A stretch of 64,000 bases of DNA, taken from contig SEBV01000008.1 of assembly GCA_004172865.1 (NCBI GenBank), positions 85,933-149,932 on the forward strand, read 5' to 3'. The notes beneath the pieces are model-generated. The model was not told where the DNA came from and made no database searches. It worked only from the letters and a program-made list of their open reading frames with translations. Made by a program: the position numbers and the translations under genes. Within the stretch, counting starts at the first letter, position 1, and every line of letters starts with the position of its first letter. This document shows, piece by piece, positions 18,562 to 27,065 of the stretch. This DNA is from Gammaproteobacteria bacterium (GTDB lineage Bacteria; Pseudomonadota; Gammaproteobacteria; Pseudomonadales; Cellvibrionaceae).

Positions 18562-21510
18562 ATGAGTCTCCTCGAAATAAATAGTTCCGATAAAAAAGTT
18601 AGACAGTTTAATTTGCCGAAAAAACTACCTTTTAATTTAACTTTGTTGGCCACTCTTGTTGCTGGCTTATCAGTAATTCCCAGTTCGTTTGCACAAGCTG
18701 TTGCTGAATCTGAAACACCTCAGAAAGTTATTGAAACACAACCTCCCGCAGCTGGTGATGCTAATTTTGAAACGCCAGATGAAATTCTAATTCGTGTGGA
18801 GCGGCAGAAAACGTTGAAAGCTGTACACGACGAACCGAGTTCAATTTCTATTGTTACGGGTTCAGATTTGTCCGCTGAGATTGCGACAGATTATCAAGCT
18901 ATTACCAAGCGTTTGGCGAATATCACTTTTAACCATTCAAATACTCGCGGCGCTTCATTATCTGTGCGCGGTATTGGTAAACGCGGCTTTGCGGAAGTAC
19001 AAGACCCAAGCGTTCTAGTAAATTTAGATGGTGTTAGTTTTGGTTTAACGGCACTGGGAAATTTTGATTTTTTTGATATAGAAACTGTTGAAGGTCAGCG
19101 TGGCGCAACAGGTACTAAAGGCGGTAAGGGCGGTAGTGCTGGTGAAGTAAATTTCAACACCAAACGTCCATCTTTTACTCCAGGCACTGAGTTTTCTGTT
19201 ACCTACGGTCAACGCAATACGCAAATTTTACAAGTGGCAACTGGTGGTCCGGTTGTGGATGATTTGCTCGCGTGGCGCGGGGCTTTAATTATTAATAAGG
19301 CAGATGGCTATTATCAAAATGGTTACGGCTATGACGACAACAAATCTTTTTACAATCGTGATCGTGTTGCCAGCCGCATACAATTATTGTTAACACCATC
19401 CGACGGTTTTAGTGCGCGTCTTAGTTACGATCGTCAACCAAGAGCTTCGCAATTGGAGAACGGAATTAGTTTCCGTCACGATAACCAGCCAGCAGAATTT
19501 GCGGATGTTCCATCGTCTTTGCTCAATAATCTGACTGATCCTAACGGCACGGGTGCTAAAGCGAAATTAGTTGGTTTCTATGGGCCAGCTACAGCATTTA
19601 ATGCTGATGGTTCAAGACCTGCAGGAACCTGGACCGGCCCACGCGAATGGTTTACCGGACGCTCTAGCCCAGAAACTCCCGGACGTACTTTTACGTATCA
19701 GGATTATTTGGTGGATGATAAATCCGGCATAGTAGTATCAAACGAGTATCAAGGCCAATATTTGGGCACTGGCGGAACGTCGCTTGAATTAATTTGGAAT
19801 TTTGAGAATTTTGATATCACATCGTTAACCGCTGAGCGTGATCTTTACTTTGATGCTCACAACGATGACGCAACGTCTTTTGATATCAACAAACAAGGCG
19901 GTGGTGGTGTCGACTACGAGCAATATAGTCAGGAATTTAAAATCGTTTCAAAACCTGGTGAAGTGATTGATTACGTCGCTGGACTTTACTTTATTAAAAC
20001 GGAAGACACCGTAAGTAGTAAAACTGGTTACGGAACTGACTACGGCGCATGGAATGCGAGTACTGCGCAATACAACACTTTGTATCGAAATGCCGGGGTT
20101 AACCGAGGTGCTGGTATAGCCTTGCTCAAGGAGTCACTTGCTGATGGATATAAAGATGGCAGAATTCTTGTCGATACCAAAAGTGCGGCTATTTATGGAT
20201 CATTGGACTGGCATGAAACTGAAGCGGCTACGCTAACAGCTGGTTTGCGTGTTGGAAGTGAAGACCGCGTTACGACGGATGTTATTCGCTGGAAAAATGA
20301 TGGCGCTGAGCAAGGTCTTAACCCTGTATTTGTAAATCCACTTGCACCTGTTTATTTAAACGGAGGCTTTAATTCCGTTGCAGCAAGCACAACTGTTACA
20401 GGTGGAACAGTCATCGCAGCAGGGACATTGGGTCGAATAGAAACTACCGTTTCAAATGGCGTTAAAACCACAGCGTTTATAAACGATAATAATGCGGCAC
20501 AACTTTCAGTCGCCGATAGAATTGCCAATAAATATTACGGTGCTGCCGTTACTGCAACGCCGGGCGCAGCTTATAACTCTCTTACTGCTGCACAGAAAAA
20601 CCAAATTGCTGCTGCAAAAGCTATACGTCTTACGGGCATTGGCTTCTTAACAGATCCGGTTGATAGTAAATACGATGACACACTCACGACTGTTAACCTG
20701 AGTCAGAGTTATAAGTTCAACGATGAAATTACTGTATACGGCACGCTGCAACACAGTGAAAAATCTGGAACAGGTTTCAACATCAACGGCATTTCTACAC
20801 CGGTTGGTAAAGAAACTACGGAAGGTATCGAACTGGGTTTAAAAACTTTCCTGTTTGATAATACCTTGACCTTCAACATCGACGTGTATCGCTTGAACAT
20901 TAGTGATTATCAGCAAGCTATCCGCGTGTTAGATGAATACACCACAGCAGTAAATAACGACGGCACTTTGGTTTACACCACTGCGCAAGGAAATCTGGAT
21001 AGTGTTGTGGCAAAAGGTATTGAATTCGATGGCACCTATACAGGCATTGAACATTTTACGTTCCGTTTTGGTGGCGCCTATAACAAAGCTACTTACGATA
21101 AATATCCGAACGCTCCGATACCAAATGAATTGGCGTATTTAACACGTGCGCCTTACAACGAGGCATATATTGATCGTTCGGGCGAAGAGCTTCCAGGTGC
21201 TCCAAAAATTACTTTTAACGTGGGCGCTACTTATCGCCAACCGTTTAATTTTGGTGAGCTGCATTCGAGTATCAATGTGGGTTATGTAGGCAAACAAAAT
21301 AATGGCGACGACTTTTCAACTTACACCGAGCAAGAAGGCTATTATCTTGTTGATGCATCTCTTGGTCTAGCATCACTCAATAGTAAATTTGACCTGACGT
21401 TGGTTGGTAAAAACCTGTTTGATGCTGCACCGCATGAAGATGGTTGGAACAGCTACGCACCTTATATTTATCGTCGGTGGATTGGGATTGAGTTCAGCAG
21501 TAAGTTTTAA
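18562..21510 (+). CDS. TonB-dependent outer-membrane receptor (982 aa)
   Basis: Signal peptide ending SSFAQA. Plug-domain motifs (SISIVTG, ...SVRGIG). A long beta-barrel with aromatic-rich strands and a terminal ...SSKF. Confidence 0.9.
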   Translation: MSLLEINSSDKKVRQFNLPKKLPFNLTLLATLVAGLSVIPSSFAQAVAESETPQKVIETQPPAAGDANFETPDEILIRVERQKTLKAVHDEPSSISIVTGSDLSAEIATDYQAITKRLANITFNHSNTRGASLSVRGIGKRGFAEVQDPSVLVNLDGVSFGLTALGNFDFFDIETVEGQRGATGTKGGKGGSAGEVNFNTKRPSFTPGTEFSVTYGQRNTQILQVATGGPVVDDLLAWRGALIINKADGYYQNGYGYDDNKSFYNRDRVASRIQLLLTPSDGFSARLSYDRQPRASQLENGISFRHDNQPAEFADVPSSLLNNLTDPNGTGAKAKLVGFYGPATAFNADGSRPAGTWTGPREWFTGRSSPETPGRTFTYQDYLVDDKSGIVVSNEYQGQYLGTGGTSLELIWNFENFDITSLTAERDLYFDAHNDDATSFDINKQGGGGVDYEQYSQEFKIVSKPGEVIDYVAGLYFIKTEDTVSSKTGYGTDYGAWNASTAQYNTLYRNAGVNRGAGIALLKESLADGYKDGRILVDTKSAAIYGSLDWHETEAATLTAGLRVGSEDRVTTDVIRWKNDGAEQGLNPVFVNPLAPVYLNGGFNSVAASTTVTGGTVIAAGTLGRIETTVSNGVKTTAFINDNNAAQLSVADRIANKYYGAAVTATPGAAYNSLTAAQKNQIAAAKAIRLTGIGFLTDPVDSKYDDTLTTVNLSQSYKFNDEITVYGTLQHSEKSGTGFNINGISTPVGKETTEGIELGLKTFLFDNTLTFNIDVYRLNISDYQQAIRVLDEYTTAVNNDGTLVYTTAQGNLDSVVAKGIEFDGTYTGIEHFTFRFGGAYNKATYDKYPNAPIPNELAYLTRAPYNEAYIDRSGEELPGAPKITFNVGATYRQPFNFGELHSSINVGYVGKQNNGDDFSTYTEQEGYYLVDASLGLASLNSKFDLTLVGKNLFDAAPHEDGWNSYAPYIYRRWIGIEFSSKF

Positions 21511-21516
21511 TGTGTA

Positions 21517-21561
21517 AATACATCTCGCCTTGGGAGAGGTTTTAGCAAGGCGATATGTATT
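21517..21561 (+). repeat. 16-bp inverted repeat (one mismatch) immediately after the receptor stop codon
   Basis: AATACATCTCGCCTTG, a 13-nt loop, then CAAGGCGATATGTATT. Confidence 0.7.
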
Positions 21562-21598
21562 AAAGATAGTTGAAAATTTATTGTAAAAATTACGTACG

Positions 21599-21627
21599 AA
21601 AAAAGCCGCTTACAAAGCGGCTTTTTA
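21599..21627 (+). terminator. Rho-independent terminator of the receptor gene
   Basis: A-run, then AAGCCGCT-TACAA-AGCGGCTT, then a T-run. Confidence 0.8.
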
Positions 21628-21994
21628 ACGTGAGTTATTAATGATTATTTTCAGAGTATAAATGCACGAAAAATATTCGATGTAAATTCGCTCTTCCGAA
21701 AATATTTCTTATTCAAGCCAATAGTGAATTGATGTATCTTTTCTGCCACGCGTTTTTTTTCATTCACATCTAAGCCAAATAGATTGCAATTTTCCGTGAA
21801 TATCTAAAGCAGCCTGAAATTTTATCTTTATACGTTGATTAAATTTTCAGAGGTATTACGATTTTTTCGAAATAAATTTCGTTGAATATCTGAAGGGTGG
21901 GCCAAAAATTTTAATAGATTTTAGGTTAATAAGCAGAGTATTTAAGCTGCGTATGAGGGTAAAACGATAAAGCAGATTTTGAAATGAAGCAAAT

Positions 21995-22027
21995 GCTAGC
22001 CATTGGATCTAAAATTCAATGGCTAGC
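21995..22027 (-). terminator. Hairpin terminator downstream of the DUF1501 gene
   Basis: Perfect 11-bp stem GCTAGCCATTG / CAATGGCTAGC, 7 nt after the stop, with a T-rich tail on the minus strand. Confidence 0.55.
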
Positions 22028-22034
22028 AAACGTT

Positions 22035-23477
22035 TTACGCGAGGATTTCTTTCACAACTCTACCGTACACAACGGTTGGGCGCTCAGAGCGGCCTTTGTT
22101 GAGGAAGGTAGTTTTTAAGTGATCGAGCCCCAATAAATTCAACACAGTTGCCTGTAAATCGTAAGTATCAACAGCCTTGTCTTTATCGGCAGTTTGCAGG
22201 CCTATAGCATCAGTCTCACCGTAAGTGAAACCAGCTTTCAAGCCGCCACCCGCCAACCATTGAGTGTAACCCCAAGGGTTGTGGTCGCGACCATTGCCGC
22301 TTTGGCCGTATGAAGTGCGCGCAAATTCAGAGGTCCAGACTACAAGAGTGGTTTCCAATAATCCGCGTGATTTCAAATCTTCCAGCAAACCAGCGATTGG
22401 TTTATCAACCATTTTTGACATAACGCCGTGGTTCTTCTCAAGGTCGCTATGCGCATCCCAACTAGTGACTTCCGTTTCACCTTGAGGTGCGCCGGTGACC
22501 ACTTGAATAAAGCGCACTCCGCGTTCAACCAAACGGCGAGCGCGAAGTAGAGTCGTGCCATAGCTCTCACTTACCTTGTCATTCAAACCGTAAAGTTCTT
22601 TAGTTGCGTCAGTTTCTTTGGTCAAATCAACGGCTTCAGGTGCTGCAGTTTGCATACGATCTGCAAGATCATAAGAGCGTAAACGCGCTTGTAATTCAGT
22701 ATCGGTAGGGCGTTCAGCCGAGCCAATATTGTTTAGCTTTTTCAGCAAATCTAACGAGCTACGTTGTTGAACTTCTGCACGCAACTCGGGGCGTTCCAAA
22801 TACAAAATGGGCGATGGGCCTGGACGGAAAGCAGTACCTTGATAAATCGCAGGCAGGAAGCCGGAGTTCCAGTTTACTGAACCTGCAGCTGGCTCTCTGT
22901 CGCCGTTATAAAGAACTACATAGGATGGTAAATCTGGGTTCGCACTACCCAGTGCGTAGGAAATCCACGCACCTAATGATGGACGACCTGGGCTCAAATC
23001 ACCGGTGTTTAATTTCAAAATTGAAATGTCGTGAGTTGCGCCCACCGTTACGCTGGATTTGATAAACGTAAGTTTGTCAGCTTGCTGTGCAAGGTTAGGT
23101 AGCAAGTCAGAAAACCACGCACCGCTTTCACCGTATTGTTTCCAGGTACGCTTGGAAGCGAACAAGTTGCCAACACCACCTTGAGTACTGGTTTTAATAC
23201 CTTTCAAAAATGATGGGGCTGGCACTGTACCTGCCAATTTAACCAATTCAGGTTTGTAGTCATACAGATCCAATGTACTTGGAGCGCCGTTTTGGTGAAG
23301 CCAAATCACCGATTTAATTTTGGCAGGAAAGTGCGGCTGCTTTGGCGCTAATGGATCAATCAGCTCCGCTGCGGTTGCAGCTGAAATAGTACCCAGGCCA
23401 GGAATTACGCCTGCCAAAGATGCTGCACCTAGACCAAGACCGGTATTTTTAATAAAATCGCGACGTGAACTGCTCAT
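22035..23477 (-). CDS. Tat-exported DUF1501 protein (sulfatase / alkaline-phosphatase-like fold)
   Basis: Twin-arginine signal (SSRRDFIK). Characteristic DUF1501 blocks (WLHQNGAPSTLDLYDYKP, SWDAHSD, GRDHNPWGYTQWLAGGGLKAG). Confidence 0.85.
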   Translation of the reverse strand: MSSSRRDFIKNTGLGLGAASLAGVIPGLGTISAATAAELIDPLAPKQPHFPAKIKSVIWLHQNGAPSTLDLYDYKPELVKLAGTVPAPSFLKGIKTSTQGGVGNLFASKRTWKQYGESGAWFSDLLPNLAQQADKLTFIKSSVTVGATHDISILKLNTGDLSPGRPSLGAWISYALGSANPDLPSYVVLYNGDREPAAGSVNWNSGFLPAIYQGTAFRPGPSPILYLERPELRAEVQQRSSLDLLKKLNNIGSAERPTDTELQARLRSYDLADRMQTAAPEAVDLTKETDATKELYGLNDKVSESYGTTLLRARRLVERGVRFIQVVTGAPQGETEVTSWDAHSDLEKNHGVMSKMVDKPIAGLLEDLKSRGLLETTLVVWTSEFARTSYGQSGNGRDHNPWGYTQWLAGGGLKAGFTYGETDAIGLQTADKDKAVDTYDLQATVLNLLGLDHLKTTFLNKGRSERPTVVYGRVVKEILA

Positions 23478-23516
23478 TATGAAATCCTCTTAGTTTTAAT
23501 TTGTTAAATCAAATGT

Positions 23517-25862
23517 TTAAAATCTGTATGCAAAATCATTCGAGTTTGCCACGGCGTGTACAAGGTCAACCAAGGCTGCTGCCTTAAGTGGATTCAGCTT
23601 TTTGGTATCTTCTTCTGTAAGGCCGGTTGGCACTGCGAGAGAATAATTTTTATCCCATCCTCTCTGAGCAATAAGCTTGTCCTGATTTTTTAAGAAATCT
23701 TTCAATGCGGATTTCTCGGCACTGCTAGGTTTACGAGCAAACAGGATTTCATAGAGTTTATTAATTTGTGCTTCAGGGTTATCACCGGCTTCTTTAATTA
23801 CACGACCTGCAAGCGCTTGCGACCAACCAAATACAACATCACTGTTGAACAAGGTGAGTGCTTGTAACGGCGTGGTGGTCACGTCACGTTTGTGATGTGG
23901 GTTCGAAGGGTTCGCCGGGTCAAATGAAACGGTTAATGGATAAGGCACACTGCGACGCACGAAGGTGTAAATACTGCGACGATTATCATCCTCTTTACCT
24001 TTTGATGCTTCCCATAATTGACCAGCATTAAAATTGTTAGGCACTTTAGGGAATACCGAAGGACCGCCTACTTGATCAACTAATTCGCCAGATGCGTACA
24101 ACAATGAATCACGAATTTCTTCCGCTTCAAGACGTTTACGTGGATAAACGGCGAGAAGTTTATTGTCAGGATCAATCTTAACGAGGTCTGCACGTTCATC
24201 TGATGATTGGCGATAAACATTCGATAACAAAATTTCGCGCACTAAAGTTTTAGTGCTCCAACCTTTATCAACGAAATTAGTAGCGAGATAATCCAACAAT
24301 TCTGGATTTGTTGGCTTCTCTCCGGCGCGACCGAAATCACCCACAGTTGCAGAAATACCATTGGAGAAATATTGCGCCCATACACGGTTAACATAAACCC
24401 GAGAGGTGAGCGGGTTAGCCGGGTCTACAATCCAATTTGCCAAGGCGGTACGGCGACCACTTGAATTTGCAGTCGGCGTAATTGCGGGTGAAGCAACGCC
24501 TGCTGCAATAGTCCACAATGCTGGAATACCAGGTTCTACAGCTTCGAGCGGACGCTCATGTACACCACCGAAACGCACAAATGTTTGCGGAGATTGAACA
24601 CCTGTTTCAGCCAACGTTGTAAAAGTTTTTGAACCGCGACCTGGTTTTTGCTTATCGAATTTTTTCAAATCTTCGGTAAGTTTTTGATAATCTTTCCATT
24701 TTTCAATATTTGCTGCGTCGAATACCGGCGTCCCTTTATCTTCAGCGCTTACTTTTAAATAGCCCGAAATATCCGCATCAGTAGCTACTGCTTTCAAACG
24801 CCAATTCACCCATTTGTCGAGCGGATTCCAATCTTTTTCCGCTTTAAAAATAGAGTCGCGGCTATCGGTTAGGTAGCGTTCGTTATGATATTGACGGCCT
24901 TTCTCGCGAACTGTATCCAGAATGGCTTTTTGCTTATCGCGAATTTCTTTTGTTGCTGCTTGATAAGCTGCTTGTTGAGTAGTGAAGGTTTTATCCCAAT
25001 CCAACTCAGTGCCTTTTGCTAAAGGTGTTTTTTCATTTACAACAGTGTTAGCAAAATAAGCTTGTAGCTGGAAATATTCCTTCTGACTAACTTTATCGAT
25101 TTTGTGATTGTGGCATCTTGCACAGCCGATACTTTGTGCAAGAAATGCTTCGCCTACCAAATCGGTGTAGTCAGTTTCAATTTGATATTTGCGTTGTACG
25201 AGATCGCGTGAGTTGCTGTTGTCAGGATAGCCTGCAAGGAAACCGGTTGCGATGCGCGCGGTTTGATTGTCTGGCCAGAGTTCATCACCTGCCAATTGTT
25301 CGCGAGCAAATTGGTTGTAAGGTTTATCTTCGTTAAAAGATGCAATTACATAGTCGCGGTAGCGCCAGTTATTAGGACGAGTTTGGTCGCCCTGGAAACC
25401 TGCGCTGTCAGCGTAGCGGGCGAGGTCTAACCAACGACGTGCATGACGTTCACCGAAATGATTTGATGCTAATAAACGATCCACCAGCTTTTCATAAGCA
25501 TCTGGTGATTTGTCTTTTTCAAAGGCTTCAATTTCTGTAGGGGATGGCAGTAAACCCCAAGTATCCAATGTTGCGCGGCGAATATAAGTGCCGCGATCTG
25601 TTTCGCGGGAGGGCTTAATGTTTTGCTTTTCCAGCTCAGCCAAAATAAAGGCATCGATTGGTGTGCGCACCCATTTCTGTTGTTTCACTACAGGAGCAGT
25701 TACGTGCTGTAACGGTTTAACAGCCCAATCCTTTGCTGCTGCATTGGCAGCAGCCGTTTGTTTTGTGGTATTAGCAGCCGACGACTTATCATCATCCGCG
25801 GCCCAAGTAGTACTGCTCGAAAAAACTAAAGCCATTGCTAAATATAAATATTTATTTTTCAT
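23517..25862 (-). CDS. Secreted DUF1549 (PSCyt2) / DUF1553 (PSD1) protein
   Basis: Sec signal peptide. PIDAFILAELEK...RRATLDTWGLLPSPTEI...FGERHARRWLDLARYADS marks DUF1549. The CARCHNHKIDKVSQKEYFQLQAYF block and a C-terminal PSD1-like region are present. AGGAG lies 8 nt before the ATG. Confidence 0.85.
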   Translation of the reverse strand: MKNKYLYLAMALVFSSSTTWAADDDKSSAANTTKQTAAANAAAKDWAVKPLQHVTAPVVKQQKWVRTPIDAFILAELEKQNIKPSRETDRGTYIRRATLDTWGLLPSPTEIEAFEKDKSPDAYEKLVDRLLASNHFGERHARRWLDLARYADSAGFQGDQTRPNNWRYRDYVIASFNEDKPYNQFAREQLAGDELWPDNQTARIATGFLAGYPDNSNSRDLVQRKYQIETDYTDLVGEAFLAQSIGCARCHNHKIDKVSQKEYFQLQAYFANTVVNEKTPLAKGTELDWDKTFTTQQAAYQAATKEIRDKQKAILDTVREKGRQYHNERYLTDSRDSIFKAEKDWNPLDKWVNWRLKAVATDADISGYLKVSAEDKGTPVFDAANIEKWKDYQKLTEDLKKFDKQKPGRGSKTFTTLAETGVQSPQTFVRFGGVHERPLEAVEPGIPALWTIAAGVASPAITPTANSSGRRTALANWIVDPANPLTSRVYVNRVWAQYFSNGISATVGDFGRAGEKPTNPELLDYLATNFVDKGWSTKTLVREILLSNVYRQSSDERADLVKIDPDNKLLAVYPRKRLEAEEIRDSLLYASGELVDQVGGPSVFPKVPNNFNAGQLWEASKGKEDDNRRSIYTFVRRSVPYPLTVSFDPANPSNPHHKRDVTTTPLQALTLFNSDVVFGWSQALAGRVIKEAGDNPEAQINKLYEILFARKPSSAEKSALKDFLKNQDKLIAQRGWDKNYSLAVPTGLTEEDTKKLNPLKAAALVDLVHAVANSNDFAYRF

Positions 25863-26010
25863 TAACTCACTCCTGAAACGGTGATCTTACGTGCAAACTT
25901 AATAGCAGATAAATACAGGTTTCCCTGAAACTTTTACTCGTTATAAGTACAAGAAAGGGCTTGAAATACAGTTGGTAATAGAACACTCATATGCGAACAA
26001 ATTTATAAGT

Positions 26011-26026
26011 TGCAGCTACTATGCCA
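26011..26026 (-). promoter_or_regulatory. Sigma54-type promoter of the DUF1549/1553-DUF1501 operon
   Basis: The minus strand reads TGGCATAGTAGCTGCA, with GG-N10-GC spacing exact. About 150 nt upstream of the ATG at 25862. Confidence 0.55.
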
Positions 26027-26855
26027 GTTTAAGAATTAGTCAAATTTGTGAGGGCAGTGTGAATTTACGGCTTTGATTTATATGGAGATTTTAAATTTTA
26101 TCTTTTTTTAAAATAAAAATTGGAGTTACACTTAGTTATTAAAATAGTTATTACTGAAACAATTGGAGTGATAATGTTATAAGTGCAGCAGCGAAATTTT
26201 CATCAATATTTTTTTTAATTTTGATTCCAAAAATCAAATGCAGAGAGATTGATAAAATGATTGTCGAGACAACGAAAACCAAAAAAGATATTTTTGATTT
26301 TTTCATTTTTAACACTTTTCGAAGCGAATGCTTCAATCGCTTTGCTTGATCAGCTGCTGGTTACCTGTTTGTTATCAAGCGCATTTTATTATGATCAAGA
26401 TTTTTGGTGCTTTTGCAGGTGTTTTAAAATAGGCAGAGGTTTCTGACCAATGTGTTTTAAAAGTAACACTTGTGCTTCAGGTTTCATGATTGATCCTACT
26501 TGATACCCGCTTCAAATTCGTATTGATCACAATTTTTCTCTCATAAATGCATAAAATTTTCTTTGCAGTCATAACGGCAGTCAACGCCTGATAAAAATTA
26601 AATTCAAAATAATCAATAAGTAAGAACCAAGCTAATTGCGAAAAATAGTAAATATCGGCTGTTTGAGCTGCATAAATAGCTATTAATAATCTTTTTTCGA
26701 ACTGTTGCGATGACTAATTAGCTTATTTCGATGAGTCGACTACGAAATTAAAATCACTAATTCAAAAATAACCCTCCTCAATGTTTTGCTGCTGATTTAT
26801 CTACAGAGCAAAAAATCGCATCCAGTTTTTAGCAAAATAATGATCTCTAAAAAGA

Positions 26856-26871
26856 TGGCATAGCTTGTGCT
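26856..26871 (+). promoter_or_regulatory. Sigma54-type promoter upstream of the enhancer-binding-protein gene
   Basis: TGGCATAGCTTGTGCT, with GG-N10-GC spacing exact. It shares the TGGCATAG head with the element at 26011-26026. About 195 nt before the ATG. Confidence 0.5.
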
Positions 26872-27065
26872 CAATGGTCTTTGAATATCGCAGCCAAGTG
26901 TACGTAAAGCTTCAGTGCTGTATGAAATGACTATTTGAAACTACCAATATCATTTTTATCGGCAGAAGACGTTTGGTAGGACAAGACTTGCGACAAAGCA
27001 CCCTGTATGAAGGTAATGAGTTTTAAACGCATCATGACTACAAATAATAATTTGAGGGTAGGTAG

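Noticed and set aside
21647-21891. Short exact repeats in the gap after the receptor gene: ATTTTCAGAG (21647 and 21843) and TGAATATCT (21797 and 21883), with TGAATATC again at 26882
   Set aside because: Words of 9-10 nt in very AT-rich DNA can recur by chance, and the flanking similarity is only patchy. They would be worth revisiting only if conserved in orthologous loci.
26151-26446. 61-aa ORFs on both strands in the 1.2-kb gap (26151-26336 on the minus strand with one hydrophobic helix, 26261-26446 on the plus strand)
   Set aside because: Both need TTG starts and neither has an SD. Their A/T-driven K/I/F/L composition is what AT-rich non-coding DNA yields. They are kept only as a remote possibility for a small membrane peptide.
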